Positions 36,455 to 48,095 of a DNA stretch of 64,000 bases are shown here, in pieces. Numbering within the stretch: position 1 is the stretch's first letter; each line of letters starts with the position of its first letter. The notes below the pieces were generated by a model that did not search any database, was not told the origin of the DNA, and saw nothing but the letters and a program-made list of their open reading frames with translations. Made by a program: the position numbers and the translations under genes. Origin of the DNA: Tubulanus polymorphus (Eukaryota; Animalia; Nemertea); NCBI RefSeq assembly GCF_964204645.1, contig NC_134025.1, positions 23,230,299 to 23,294,298 of the forward strand, given 5' to 3'.

Positions 36455-36955
36455 TTATGGTGGCTGATATGGGCCATAGTGAAAAATTTCTGGTATGCAA
36501 ATCAGGGCGCCAGAACGCCAAAACGAAAAAAAAAAACATCCAATTTTCTCTGATAGTTCGTTTTGGCGTGCCACTTTCAACCATGTAAAATAATTCTATG
36601 CAAATTTATGCAAATTACACACAGGATCAACGTGCCAAATTGAAAAATTATTTTACTGTGGTTGAATGCTTGTTTTGGCGGGGGCGCTAAAATGTTAGTT
36701 CTTTTTGGCGAGGGCGCCAAAACGGAATTTTCTTTTTTGGCGCGCCAAAACGAACTTTCAGAGAAAATTGGACGTTTTTCATTGTTTTGGCGGGGGCACC
36801 AAAATGTTAGTTTGTTTTGGCGGAATTTTCTTTGTTTTGGCGTTCCAAAACGAACTTTCAGAGAAAATTGAATGTTTTTTTTTTTTCGTTTTGGAGTTCT
36901 GGCGCCCTGATTTGCATACCAGAAATTTTTTGCTATGGCCCATATCAGCCACCAT
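36455..36955. mobile_element. TTAA-flanked MITE (copy 2 of 3, part of the duplicated host segment)
   Basis: Same TIRs as 29558-30054. An 11-bp deletion removes the right TTAA. Confidence 0.83.
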
Positions 36956-36985
36956 CATTCATTAATTACATACGCATAAAATTTG

Positions 36986-39900
36986 AATATTTCCGTCGAG
37001 TACTGTACCCTTTCCTATGGTTTTTGCCAATATTTTCTAAATTTGGATTGATCGCCAATGGTTTTCTATACGACCCGGCCCTGCGATATTGCATTTAGCC
37101 ACCGGCGAAATCCGCCATCTTTTTTCTTGGCGTTCTAGCATTCAGAACGCGTTGGATTTTTTCGCCATAAAAATCTAGGAATTAGGAATATAAGGGAGTT
37201 TTCACTCAGTTCGGTTTGGGGGTTATCCCTGGTTTCTATTTTTCCGTAATTTTATTAACAAATATAATTTAATTGAATTGAATTGAATTTGTTATTGTGA
37301 CAGAAATAATTATGCCGCCCCCTCCTAAGGGTCAACATCGTGGCGGTGAGGGATGCAGGCATTTGTTCGGCGCCTGGGACAATCACAATTCGTGTGCGTC
37401 GTGCAGGCGCAAATCTGGACAAATCTGTGCAAGGAGTAATCCTTGCAAGATTTGCGAGGTGTGGTCCGAGGACCTTTGGCTTCGGGCTGATAAGCCTCTG
37501 AAACTAAAAGATCGTCGTCGAGTTAATAGTAGGGATTCGTCGGACATGCCAACCGACGTCTCTTATTCTATTTCTAATTCTGGTACGATCGGCTTCCCAA
37601 CTCCGTTCACCGGGGAGGAACGCTGGTTCACCGGCACTGGTCTCCGGTCAATCACTGGTCGTTGGTCGTTCGGCCGGTTCAGACTATATGTTCTGAACCG
37701 AGCGCGCGCCGCGGTAGTCGGGATCGGCCGGCACTAGTCCGGTTCGGGCACCGGTCCAGACGTCATCCGGTTCAAAACTTCCGGTTCGTACATCGTCTGA
37801 TTCTGATCGTCGTGACGATCAGAATCAGACGCTCTCCCACTAGATCCAGACACCGTGAGCGTAATAAACGCGCAAGGTCTCCTTCTCGCAGATCAAGGTT
37901 TGATCGCGAGAGGGATTACGATCGTTATTGCAGGAAGTTTCGGTCTTCTCATCGTTCGTCGACGTCGGTTAGCGATGAAGGCGTCATACGTCTTCACGTC
38001 TCTTCTCCCATTGGTGTGCTCCTGTTTCCGCCGAGCTGAGGAAGATTCGGTAGGTCCAGACCAAGTCCAGCGTCCAAACTCCGTGGAAAAAGCGTTCGGG
38101 CCCGACGTCGGCGGCGCAAGGTTCGGCACGGACGCAAACAGGTCAAACTCAATTTTCAGCGCTTTCTCAAGCGGCTACGGATACGGACAACTGCGCCTGA
38201 TGAGGTCACCCCCGACATGCACCCAAAACCAGGTCAGGAGCCTTAATCTCTTCGGATCTCAAGGATTGGCCGAGAAGGTTGCGATAGAACCAGTTTGCGA
38301 TGAAACTTCTCCCGGCTGGTTTTCTCGAATATTCATGGTACCAAAGGCCACAGGGGTTCAACGGATGGTGATAGATCTGTCATCCCTCAATCGGCACCTA
38401 GACATTCCAAGGTTCCGGATGACCAAACCCAAGGACGTGATTCAAGGGCTCCATCCGGGGTCAATCGGCGGCTTCATTGAACCTGAAAGATGCTTACTTT
38501 CAGGTTCCAATTCACCCAAAATCTCAGCGATTTCTCAGGATAAAGTGGAAAGGCCGCCAGTTCCAATTCAAGTCTCTTCCATTTGGCCTCAGTACGGCCC
38601 CGTGGGTTTTCACCAAGTTGGTCAAGTCCGCTCAGAAGGTACTTCAGTCAAGGGGTGTTCGACTGTTCGTTTATCTCGTCGACTGGTTAATAGTCGTGAA
38701 CTCTGCTCAAGAATTTCGGGAGGCATTGACCTCAGTCTTGGACTTAGTCCATCAGCTAGGGTTCTGCGTAAACAGGGAAAAATCTCAGTTGAAGCCGGCC
38801 CAACAGTTCATTTATCTCGGCATGGACGTCAATCTCCAAATCAGCAAAGTCTTTCCGTCCATGGCTCGTGTAGCCAAACTTCAAGAAGCTGTAGCGGGAG
38901 TGCCCACAACCCCGAGAATAGCTCGTTACTGGTCACGACTCCATCACGACTCCATGGGTCTGGTGGTGCCATTAGGCCGCCTCAGAAGCAGGTGCTCGCA
39001 ACAATATTGGAAGGTCTTCTGGTCTCAGGTCGGTTGGAGGTACGGGAATCATGGTCTCCCAGTTGCCCTTCGACTAAGTCCAGATCTTCATTGGTGGGCG
39101 ACAACTAGAATCTTCGGCACAGGGTGTCACTAGCCCTGTTAGAGGCTCCAGTTTGGTATTCACAGATGCCAATCTCCAAGGGTGGTGGGCACATCTGGAG
39201 AACCAAGTCAAAGCCGGGAGGTGGTCTCGCTACGAGGCCACCAACCACATAAATTTCCTGGAAATGCTGGCCGTGTGGAAGGCCCTGAAGTTCTTTCACA
39301 GGAGAGAGGAGGGCCACCACTTTTGGTTAGCCACGGACAATTCAACAGTGAGGGCTTACCTTCAGAATCAAGGGGCGCTCACTCAATCTTCACGGATCTG
39401 TCAGCCAAAATTCTTCTTTGGTGCCAGACAAAGGGCGTTTCCCTGACTGTGGCACATTTAGCAGGGAAAAGGAATGTGATGGCCGATGCTCTTTCTCATC
39501 GAGGTCAGGCTATTGCGACAGAATGGGTTCTCGACCAAGAAGTAGCCAATCGGGTTCGAGACATGTTTGGCAATCGGCTACTGGATTTGCCACCCGGTTC
39601 AATGGGAGGTGTCCTCTGTTTGTTTCCCCGTTTCCAGACGCGGAAGCGTGGGGGTCGATGCCTTCTTTCTGGACTGGGCGGGAACGCATACACATGCATC
39701 CCCGACCAGTCCTCCGCGCTTGCTGGATCAAATAGAGAGATCAGTCAATTGCAATATAGTTCTGGTAGCACCATGTTGGCCGGCTCAGAAATGGTTCCTA
39801 CCACTTCTCAACCTACTGTACGACAACCCCAGGATTCTTCCGAATTTCCCATCGCTTCTGTCTCAGGGGAACTTTCGGCATCATCCAAACAGCCAGTGGT

Positions 39901-41268
39901 TAAATCTGCTCGCCTGGCCATTGTCCAGCGATCCTTGTCAGCTTCAGGGTTTTCGGAACAGGCTGCCTCTTTTACCGCAGGATCTAAGCGGCCATCAACA
40001 AGTACCATTTACAATGCCAAATGGGGTCATTTTGCGGATTGGTGTGCTGCAGGAGAAATTGATCCATGCTCACCCTCTGTAGCTCAGTTGGCAGATTTTT
40101 TACTGCATCTATTTGTAGTAAAAGGTTTGCAGGTTATAACTATATTAAAGGTTACCACTCCGCGATTTCTCATACATTGTGTGCTTCTGGACAGCCAAAT
40201 GTAACTGGGGATCATCGGATATCCCAGCTTGTTGCAGGATTTTCTGTTTCCCGGCCTCGGATAGTTCCACCATGGGATCTGTCTGTAATTTTGAAGAAGT
40301 TAATGGAGGCTCCATTTGAACCTCTTTCTGCAGCTTCATTTGCAAATTTGTCAAAAAAGACTTAATTCTTGCTGTTCTTGGCTTGCTTGGCCCGTCGCTC
40401 TGAGATTCATGCACTTTCAGTGCGAAAAGGTCATATTGTCTTCGGGCCACAGAGGAATTTGTTTTCCTGCGGCCTGCTTTGGAGTTTTTGGCAAAGAACC
40501 AACGGCCAGGCTCGATTGGTCGTCAATGGCGAATTGAAGCCCTAAAACATCGAGTGGAACCGGGTCTTCCGGACAGGACGTTATGTTGTGTTTCTATTTA
40601 GATCGCTCTGCTCCACGAAGGGGTTCGCGGGAGCGGTTCTGCTGCTGGATCATCTGAAGGGGGATATTTCTCAGGACACAGTGGCCCGATGGGTCTCTTC
40701 ACTGATCAAGGACATTTTATTGATGGAGAATCTTTCCTCGGAGGGAGTTGTTTCTCATCAAGTGAGGTCTATGGCTACTTCCTGCGCAGCCCTTTCAGGT
40801 GATCCATTGGAAGAAGTCTTGTCGGGCCGCCTTTTAAAATTCTCCATCGACATTCACGTCATTTTATTTACGGGATGTTTTAAGCCAGTTAGGCTCATTA
40901 GCGTCGCTCGGTCCTGTTGTTATGGCTCAAGGTGTCCGTTCTTTCGGATCGGACTTTTTAGCGAATGTTTATGTTTGCATTATCAAGATCACAAGGGGTG
41001 TATCCATGTACATAGTTTGAGCTCATATTCGCAAGTATTAATTTTGCAAAATTGGGGGGGCCCCTGAGCTGGACGGACTCACTGTGGCCAACCGGTCTTC
41101 CCTGTGCTGCAGTGCTCCATTCCATGCTTGGGTAAGTGCTCTCTTTTTTCCCTCTTACCTTGCGTTTGAGTGGTGGTTTTTCTATCTACCTTTCCCACCT
41201 TGTGCTAGGCTAGTCTGGCAAAAATCATAGGAATGGGTACAGTACTCGACGGAAATATTACAATTTTT
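36986..41268 (+). mobile_element. DIRS1-type retrotransposon, degenerate copy 3 (gag deletion, right ITR lost)
   Basis: Same left junction as copy 2 (AAAATTTGAATATTTCCGTCGAG). A deletion of about 1.15 kb in gag near 37985, frameshifted RT/RNase H/methyltransferase/YR, and RT motif YLVD. It ends inside the ICR (GGAAATATTACAATTTTT|ACAAACATG). Confidence 0.93.
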
Positions 41269-41752
41269 ACAAACATGCTGCAATTTCTATTTATTTCACC
41301 AATCATTTTCTGACATAATTTTTCTCTTTTGCTGAAGTTGCTATTATTTCTCTAAGAAACCAAGTAATTTTCTCTACACAATTCAACATGGTTCTCGTTT
41401 GTTATAAAACTTTGTGGTTTAATTATTTGTAAATTCATTTTTTTTTTTTCAGTAAATCATCAGTGCTCTTAATTTGATTACATTATGGCTCTTGGAAGTG
41501 AAATCCTGCTAGAAATGGAAATGGTCTGCATGGTCAAAATGGTACAACACTGTTTGAAAATGGTTTGTCTTCTAATAGTATTTAGACCCAATTTCTGACT
41601 GCTAGAGTTTTGTATATACAATGCTAATTGTTCTCATCATATGATTTTTTTGCAGCATGAAATTTGTCCAAAAAACAGTTTGAAAGTTGATCAAAGATTG
41701 AATGATGGATGGTAACTATAAAACTCTTATGAAATTCCCAATTGACTGTTAA

Positions 41753-42210
41753 GTATGGTGGCTGATAAGGGCCATAGCGAAAAATTTCTGGCATGCAAAT
41801 CAGGGCGCCAGAACCCCAGAACGCCAAAACGAAAAAAACATCCAATTTTCTCTGAAAGTTCAACTTTCAACCACGTAAAATAATTCTATATATGCAAATT
41901 ACACACAGAATCAACGCGCCAAATTGAAAAATAATTTTACTGTGGTTGAATGCTTGTTTTGGCGGGGGCGCCAAAATGAAAGTTAGCAGTATTTTCTTTT
42001 TTTGGCATGCCAAAACGAACTTTCAGAGAAAATTTGACGTTTTTCGTTGTTTTGCGGGGGCTCCAAAACAGAATTTTTATTGTTTTGGCGCGCCAAAACG
42101 AATTTTCAGAGAAAATTTGACGTTTTTTTTTTGTTTTGACATTTTGGGATTCTGGCGCCCTGATTTGCATACCAGAAATTTTTCGCTATGGCCCTTATCA
42201 GCCATCATAG
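41753..42210. mobile_element. TTAA-flanked MITE (copy 3 of 3)
   Basis: Same TIRs as the other two copies. TTAA at 41749-41752 and 42211-42214. Confidence 0.83.
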
Positions 42211-42214
42211 TTAA

Positions 42215-42371
42215 GGGATCATTCATTAATTATGTACGCATAAAATTTGAATTTTTCAACCCCCCTTCCCTCTGTACGCAAAATCAGCCATTTTTTCGTA
42301 CACATTAAGCATTACAGTACGCAACTGCACTGACCCCTCCCCTAATGCATACGTAATAAATGAATGACCCC
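42215..42371. mobile_element. Tourist/Harbinger-like MITE with TAA TSD; contains the empty DIRS target site
   Basis: TIRs GGGATCATTCATTAATTATGTACGCA / TGCATACGTAATAAATGAATGACCCC, with TAA at 42212-42214 and 42372-42374. Its first 35 bp or so form the left flank of DIRS copies 2 and 3. Confidence 0.82.
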
Positions 42372-42964
42372 TAATTCAATCCAACATTCTCAATGTAATA
42401 TTTGCTTACGTTTTCTCTATTTTAGGATGAAGTGGGGACCAATATGCCATTTGACAGGGACACGGACCAAGACGCCATCTACCTTGATATTGACATACTG
42501 CCACTTAATTCTGCAATTTTAAAGTTTAAAGACAAATGAAGATTTTTATATTGTTCCTGCAAGTTTGAAGCCAAAGGAAAATTTGTATATTGTGCCGGCC
42601 AGTACGGACCCACTGTTGTTCTTTTTGTTATGGTTTCATTGACTGTGAATCATGTATCCATAAAAACAATGGAGTCATCCCCTGATTCGTCTCACAATGC
42701 TGTGACATCATTTTTGCCTGTTCATTAACTCAGGCGTAGAGAATATAGATGATTTAAACCCGCTATACAATTTTAAAAGCTTAAGACACGTAATTTATTT
42801 ATCAAGAATCAGAATCAAATTAAACTTACGTTAAAGAAATAACTAGAACAACCTATGCACAAAATAACATAACCTCTCAACCTAAGCACTTAACAGTACC
42901 CCCGCGCGCGCTCTACTTTTTCATTTAACTTTTTCTTCCTATTCCCCCTGGTTTAGTTATTTCT

Positions 42965-43008
42965 TCACACCTGACAATGGTCTCTAGAGAGACTCCAAAA
43001 CGTTGTCT
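42965..43008 (+). other. Decayed Penelope-type hammerhead/LTR motif
   Basis: CCTGACAATG-GTCTCT-AG-AGAGAC-TCCAAAACGTTG differs from CTGACGA...CCGAAACGTTG by two CG>CA changes. Confidence 0.4.
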
Positions 43009-43073
43009 CTTTTAATTCTTATAAAATCTGTGTATGGGTTTTTAATTTTGATTTTTACTGAAAATTGAAATAA

Positions 43074-43751
43074 CAGTCAACCCCTGCTATATCGTCGGTT
43101 TATATAAGGCTCATTAATAGGAGGAAAAAAAGCTTAGCGCTTTTATCATATTACTGTAATATAAGTAATTCAAGTAATATAAATGTTAATGAAATCTTTT
43201 TCAAACGGAAAAATATTGTATTTCAATGTCATACTGAGTGGGTAAAGACAGTAACCCATAGTAATGTCTAGTTATATGAAGTAATCCATTAATGTATATA
43301 TGTATGTAAGTAATATAGAATAACCGATAGTTACCAATAGTAATATAAGATGTAAACGATAGTAATCTAGTAATATGAAGTTATAAGGCGTAACTCATAG
43401 TAATCTATAGTAATATGAAGTAATAAGATGTAACCGATAGTAATCTATAGTAATATGAAGGAATAACATGTAATGGATAGTAACATTACTATGGATAGCT
43501 GTTGGTTACTTAGGTAAGGATTAGGCCTTTATTACTCATATTATATATATTACAGTAATATGGCAAAAGTGCTAAGCTTTTTCCCCCTATATTTAGCCTC
43601 GGGCGAAATTTTCAATTGTTTTTAAGAAAAGGGACCGATGGATACAGCAACATATTTACGAATTAAAGGGAATAAAGAAGGAAAAAATAGGAACCTTTCA
43701 TTTTTATGCAAAGTGTAGTACATTATACATCGTATAAAGCCAGGTTGACTG
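43074..43751. mobile_element. Tc1/mariner-pogo-like MITE containing a nested MITE
   Basis: The termini CAGTCAACCCCTGCTATATCG and CGTATAAAGCCAGGTTGACTG|TA are imperfect inverted repeats. Confidence 0.55.
43120..43587. mobile_element. MITE with TIRs of about 45 bp and internal TAGTAAT-rich tandem repeats
   Basis: GGAGGAAAAAAAGCTTAGCGCTTTTATCATATTACTGTAATATA versus TATATTACAGTAATATGGCAAAAGTGCTAAGCTTTTTCCCCC, with TA on both sides. Confidence 0.75.
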
Positions 43752-43954
43752 TATTGTAAATGGGCTTGGTCCCATAGTCAATGAAAGTTGATAAAGTTGA
43801 AAATATTGACAGGTTTTCTTTTGTTGTGATCGTTATTTGAAATAAATATATATTTTCTCTGTTGTTCCTGTTATGATTACAGATGCCAGCAGTTTCATAC
43901 ACCGCGTCACGTACATGATATAAACCTAACGTAGGTGATAACGTTCATCCTATA

Positions 43955-44505
43955 GGTTCAGTTTCATAAAAATCATTGATCAGGCAAATTTAAATTGAAT
44001 TGCCAAACTGAGCCGGACATTAAATCCAAACAATCAACGGATCCTGTGGACCCGTAACTTAATCCCTCAATTAAGGAGTTCGTGAAACTGGACCCAGGGA
44101 ATGAAATATTCTGTACTCTGTGTATTGTGTATTCAAACTGCTGGCTAGGCCTATACTATTGAAACTGCATCATTAACCAAATCTACCCAGGGGTAGGGCC
44201 TAGATGAGTTTCACAACTAGGCCCTTATGCGATTAACTCCTATCAATTTAGGATAAGCAACCCTGCCCTGGGCTCGGTTTCACAAAGTTAAACTCAAATT
44301 TTTGGTGTAGGCGTAATTGCCAATGGTTACTTTCATGTTTTCAATAAGGACAATTCAAACTTAACCGTTTTAGGCTTAGACTTTTACGTGAAACTGTTTG
44401 CGGAGAACCAACCAGGGCCCAATCTTGTCTTCAGTGAGGGGTTCATTTAATTTTTAATCCCTGGGCTTGGCTCAAGAGAACTTACATTTTGTGAAACTGG
44501 ACCTT
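43955..44505. mobile_element. Cluster of short decayed Harbinger-like MITEs
   Basis: Repeated inverted ends of the type GG(T/C)(T/C)CAGTTTCA(C/T)AAA ... GTGAAACTGGACC at about 43955-44094, 44270-44396 and 44415-44503. Confidence 0.5.
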
Positions 44506-44855
44506 GGTACTGCGAGGGTTTTGATAAGTCTATGGAATGCAAAAGTTTTCAACCGGCGTGGTCGTATTTATTTAATCTCAAATTCGCCGCCCGCCCCATC
44601 CTCGCTTGCCAGAGGTCCGGTATTGCTTCCGATCTCGTTCAAAATTGGCTTTCCCTTCCTTGACGTTGGAAATAGGCCCGCCCTCGAAATCTTGCAGATC
44701 CGGAGGGTTGTAGGCATATGCATGATTGATGCGGGCGTTTCACGGGTGCGGATTTTCACTGGGCGCGTGTGGGAACTCTGCCCCCACAAGAGGGTAAAAA
44801 AGCACTATTTTGCTCCAAGAGGCAGGGTTTCCAACAGTCCTTATGAAGTATTTTC

Positions 44856-45944
44856 GGCATTCCTTTACTTTCGCACCGCACTATGTTCCACTCTGTCTAC
44901 GTCCTTCAAACTTATGTCACTGGTGTATTTTTGTATGAGGAATCTTATGGTGAAGTCCGTTTTTTAATATCTCCAACAGAAAATAAAATTCGCTTTTTTT
45001 TCACAGGCAATGGTCATCTCGTCAGCAATTATTTTTTGGTTGTGTTAAAAAGTCGTAATAGGATCAATTCATTTCAATTGATTTTATTGATACAGAAAAG
45101 TATGAAAAATATTTCAAGTATTCAACATCTAACAAATAATGTTTGTAAATGTGTAACGTTGTTCATAAAATCCTAAAAATAAATTTACAATTTTCCTTAA
45201 ATAGGTTGTTTTTCTTTTTGATATGGGAAAGTCACACGGGCGGCTACTGGGATCCTGGGCATCTCTTCTGTTTTTATACAATGTAACAAATGACTGAGTG
45301 ACAGATCATGATCAAAGGACTTTTAGTATATATATATATATAACAATGTATAAACCCACGGCAGTTCACTGCTGTGGGAATGAGATGAATGAGACAAACC
45401 CACAGCAATAGTTTAACAACCTGTGGAAAATGCCGCCGATGCCATCAATTTCCAAAATGAATAAATACTGAAAGTAAAAATGCCCTCGCATCATACGTCT
45501 CAAGATGGCTCAAGCCGGAGGACAGTGGCCAATTTTATCCGCTGTGACTCGACGAGAGGCACGTATATATTGTATATTTGTATATTTTTATTTTCTGTAT
45601 CATGTATGTTTCTTAGGCATCATTGACCGTTTTATTAATCCAATAATAATAATCATTTTTTCTATTCTATTCCAAAAATGTGTCTTTTTAACTGTTTCTG
45701 TCGGTAGTTAGTAAGACCGGAGGCCATAGTCCGACTTTTACTGCTTCCCAACATGGCGACCATTTGCAGCACGTAAAAACTGGAGGAAGAAAATTTTATA
45801 AAAAAGCGAATTTTATTTTCTGTTGAGAGATATTAAAAAACGGACTTCACCATAAGATTCCCCATACAAAAATACACCAGTGACATAAGTTTGAAGGACG
45901 TAGACAGAGTGGAACATAGTGCGGTGCGAAAGTAAAGGAATGCC
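44856..45944. mobile_element. Non-autonomous DNA transposon with TIRs of about 145 bp and 8-bp TSD (Merlin- or MULE-like)
   Basis: The TIRs start GGCATTCCTTTACTTTCGCACCGCACTATG and are nearly identical (44856-45000 versus 45800-45944). GTATTTTC is duplicated at 44848-44855 and 45945-45952. Confidence 0.88.
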
Positions 45945-46169
45945 GTATTTTCTGGGCAATTCTGGCCGAGTGAGCGTGGGAAAGTTACTGGGTCCCGGGC
46001 GCTGAGCGAGTTGGGCAGTCATCCTTAGGTCGAATTGCCGAAAAAGTCTGTGCTCCAATTATATGCTAAATAAAATCAGATTCCATAACATTGCTTTTGG
46101 TTTTTTTAATGGTAAACGTTTTCTTATAGGAAATAATTTGAATTTGGATGGCGTGCAGGCCTCACGCGG

Positions 46170-48095
46170 ACTATGGTCGTTCTTAAGAATCTGCAGACCT
46201 GCCTTGAGAGGTGAATTTCCTTCTCAGGGCAAAAACTTGCTGCGAGAGGCGTATGTCTAATTGAGTAGTATAAATGTCAAACTTGCAGGAATTTAGATGA
46301 AACGGTGTGGCTAACTATCAGCGCAGTGTCGGTCAAAAAATATAATTTCAATTCAATTAATGTTTATTGTCTTTTAAATCAATATAACATGACCATAAGT
46401 GACAAGAATATTAACAAGATGAGGAAGAAAATAGAATATATATATATATACATAACTGTTATAACAAAACTTCTAATAGCACTTATATTTACAAATTCCA
46501 CATGTATAAGAGGTAAAAGGTAATTAATACAATAGATGATCGATGGAATTATAATGTCGTCTTGATGAAACCCGCACAGCAAAAACGACCTAGGTCTTTA
46601 GCTAACTTAGTTGACGTGAGAATCTGAATAAACTGTACATTAGTATTTCGAGTACAATAGTCTGGGAATAGTTTTGTAAATTTTTCTACAAGGGGGGCCC
46701 TTAGAGCTGAATACTTTGGGCACTCCATCACAAAATGTACCTCAGTTTCTACTGTATCACATAGGGAACACTTCCTGTCTACACGCGGGATGTTAAAATG
46801 TCTCCCCCTTTCTGTCATTAGTGGGTGGGCACTTAGCCTGAGACGTGTAAGGGCCATTCTATAGTTCCTGTGCATCTGTCGAGTAGATAGGTATGGTTCC
46901 ATTTGGAATCCTGTTTTTACCAATTTAAACAACTCTAATTTGTTCGAATTTCCTATCAGATGATTCCAGTATATTTTAAACCTCTCCTGCATTATGTGCC
47001 TTAACCTTTTTATTGTTGATTTAGAGATGTCAGAATTTTCTATGTACAACGATTCATGGCTAATACATGAGAGTAGAATATATATAAAGTGATTCCATTC
47101 TACTTGTTTCCATGGCAGTTTCTTAACACTTTCGTAAATTGCATTTACTAAAGTACCATTTGAGCCCTTCATATGTTGCCAGAAATTGATAATTCTAATA
47201 CAGGCTTCGATGTAAAGCGGGTACTTCCCCATTTCCCCTAAAACTGCCATATTAGTGGCTTTCCTATTTACCCCTAGAATGAATTTACAAAACTTGGTAA
47301 GCAATTTGTGAATATGTGATTCTTTCATGAGGGTTGATTCTAGGCAGAACTGGTTGTTTTTCGCTATTCTTTTGGCAAGTGTTGTAGAGGGATGCCATAT
47401 CTCGCAACCGTATAATAAGATTGGGCTGACAAGAGTGTCAGATAGGTATAATGCCGTGTTTGGCTTACAGTTTTGTACCCCGATCATTTTCTTGATTGAC
47501 AACATTGCCCTGTTGGCAGATGCAAAAAGGTTCTCTTTGGCTTTCTGGAATTTACCATTCGATGAAAATATAAGGCCAAGGTATTTGTATTCTTTGACCA
47601 ACTCGAGGTATGAGTTTCCAAGTGAAAAGTTCAAATTGATAGGTATATTTCCTTTTTTACTGAACACTACTACTTTGCTCTTATCAGTATTGATTTCAAG
47701 TTTCCATTTTTTACAATATAGATCTAGCCTTTCAAGACATTTCTGGAGTCCTTCTGGGGAGTTGGACACGTAGCACGAGGTCATCGGCGTATAAGAGACA
47801 GCTAAGTAAGTTGTCGCCGATTTCTACAGGATCACAGTTAACATCGAAACAATTAACAATATCATTAATATATATGAATTTTCTAAATTAAGTTGTTGAT
47901 AGGCATTCCAAATGGGAATTTCTGTTCGTTTTGATTTTTCCTGATCATCTTGACAAGTCACCATTTCAGCTCAATCTAGTGAAAGGGTTTTTATTTTCAT
48001 ACTGCCTCAAAAACATTCGCCTCTTCCGGGCAAGTTCCTGCCCTGAGAGGCGAATTCGCTTCTCATGGCAAGTTCTGGAAATTCTGCAGAATGAC
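46170..48095. mobile_element. Old foldback element split by the LINE insertion
   Basis: The segment at about 46185-46320 is a diverged reverse complement of about 47955-48090 (CCTTCTCAGGGCAAAAACTTGC / GCAAGTTCCTGCCCTGAGAGG). Confidence 0.6.
46345..47875 (-). mobile_element. 5'-truncated non-LTR retrotransposon (RTEX-like LINE), ORF2 C-terminal part
   Basis: LSCLLYADDLVL at about 47775-47810 (frameshifted from ORF 46549-47784), KSKVVVF, YKYLG, PILLYGCEIW, RLRLSAHPLMTERGR and a CCHC finger CSLCDTVETEVHFVMEC. The 3' end has AATAAA followed by TTGAA repeats on the minus strand. Confidence 0.9.
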
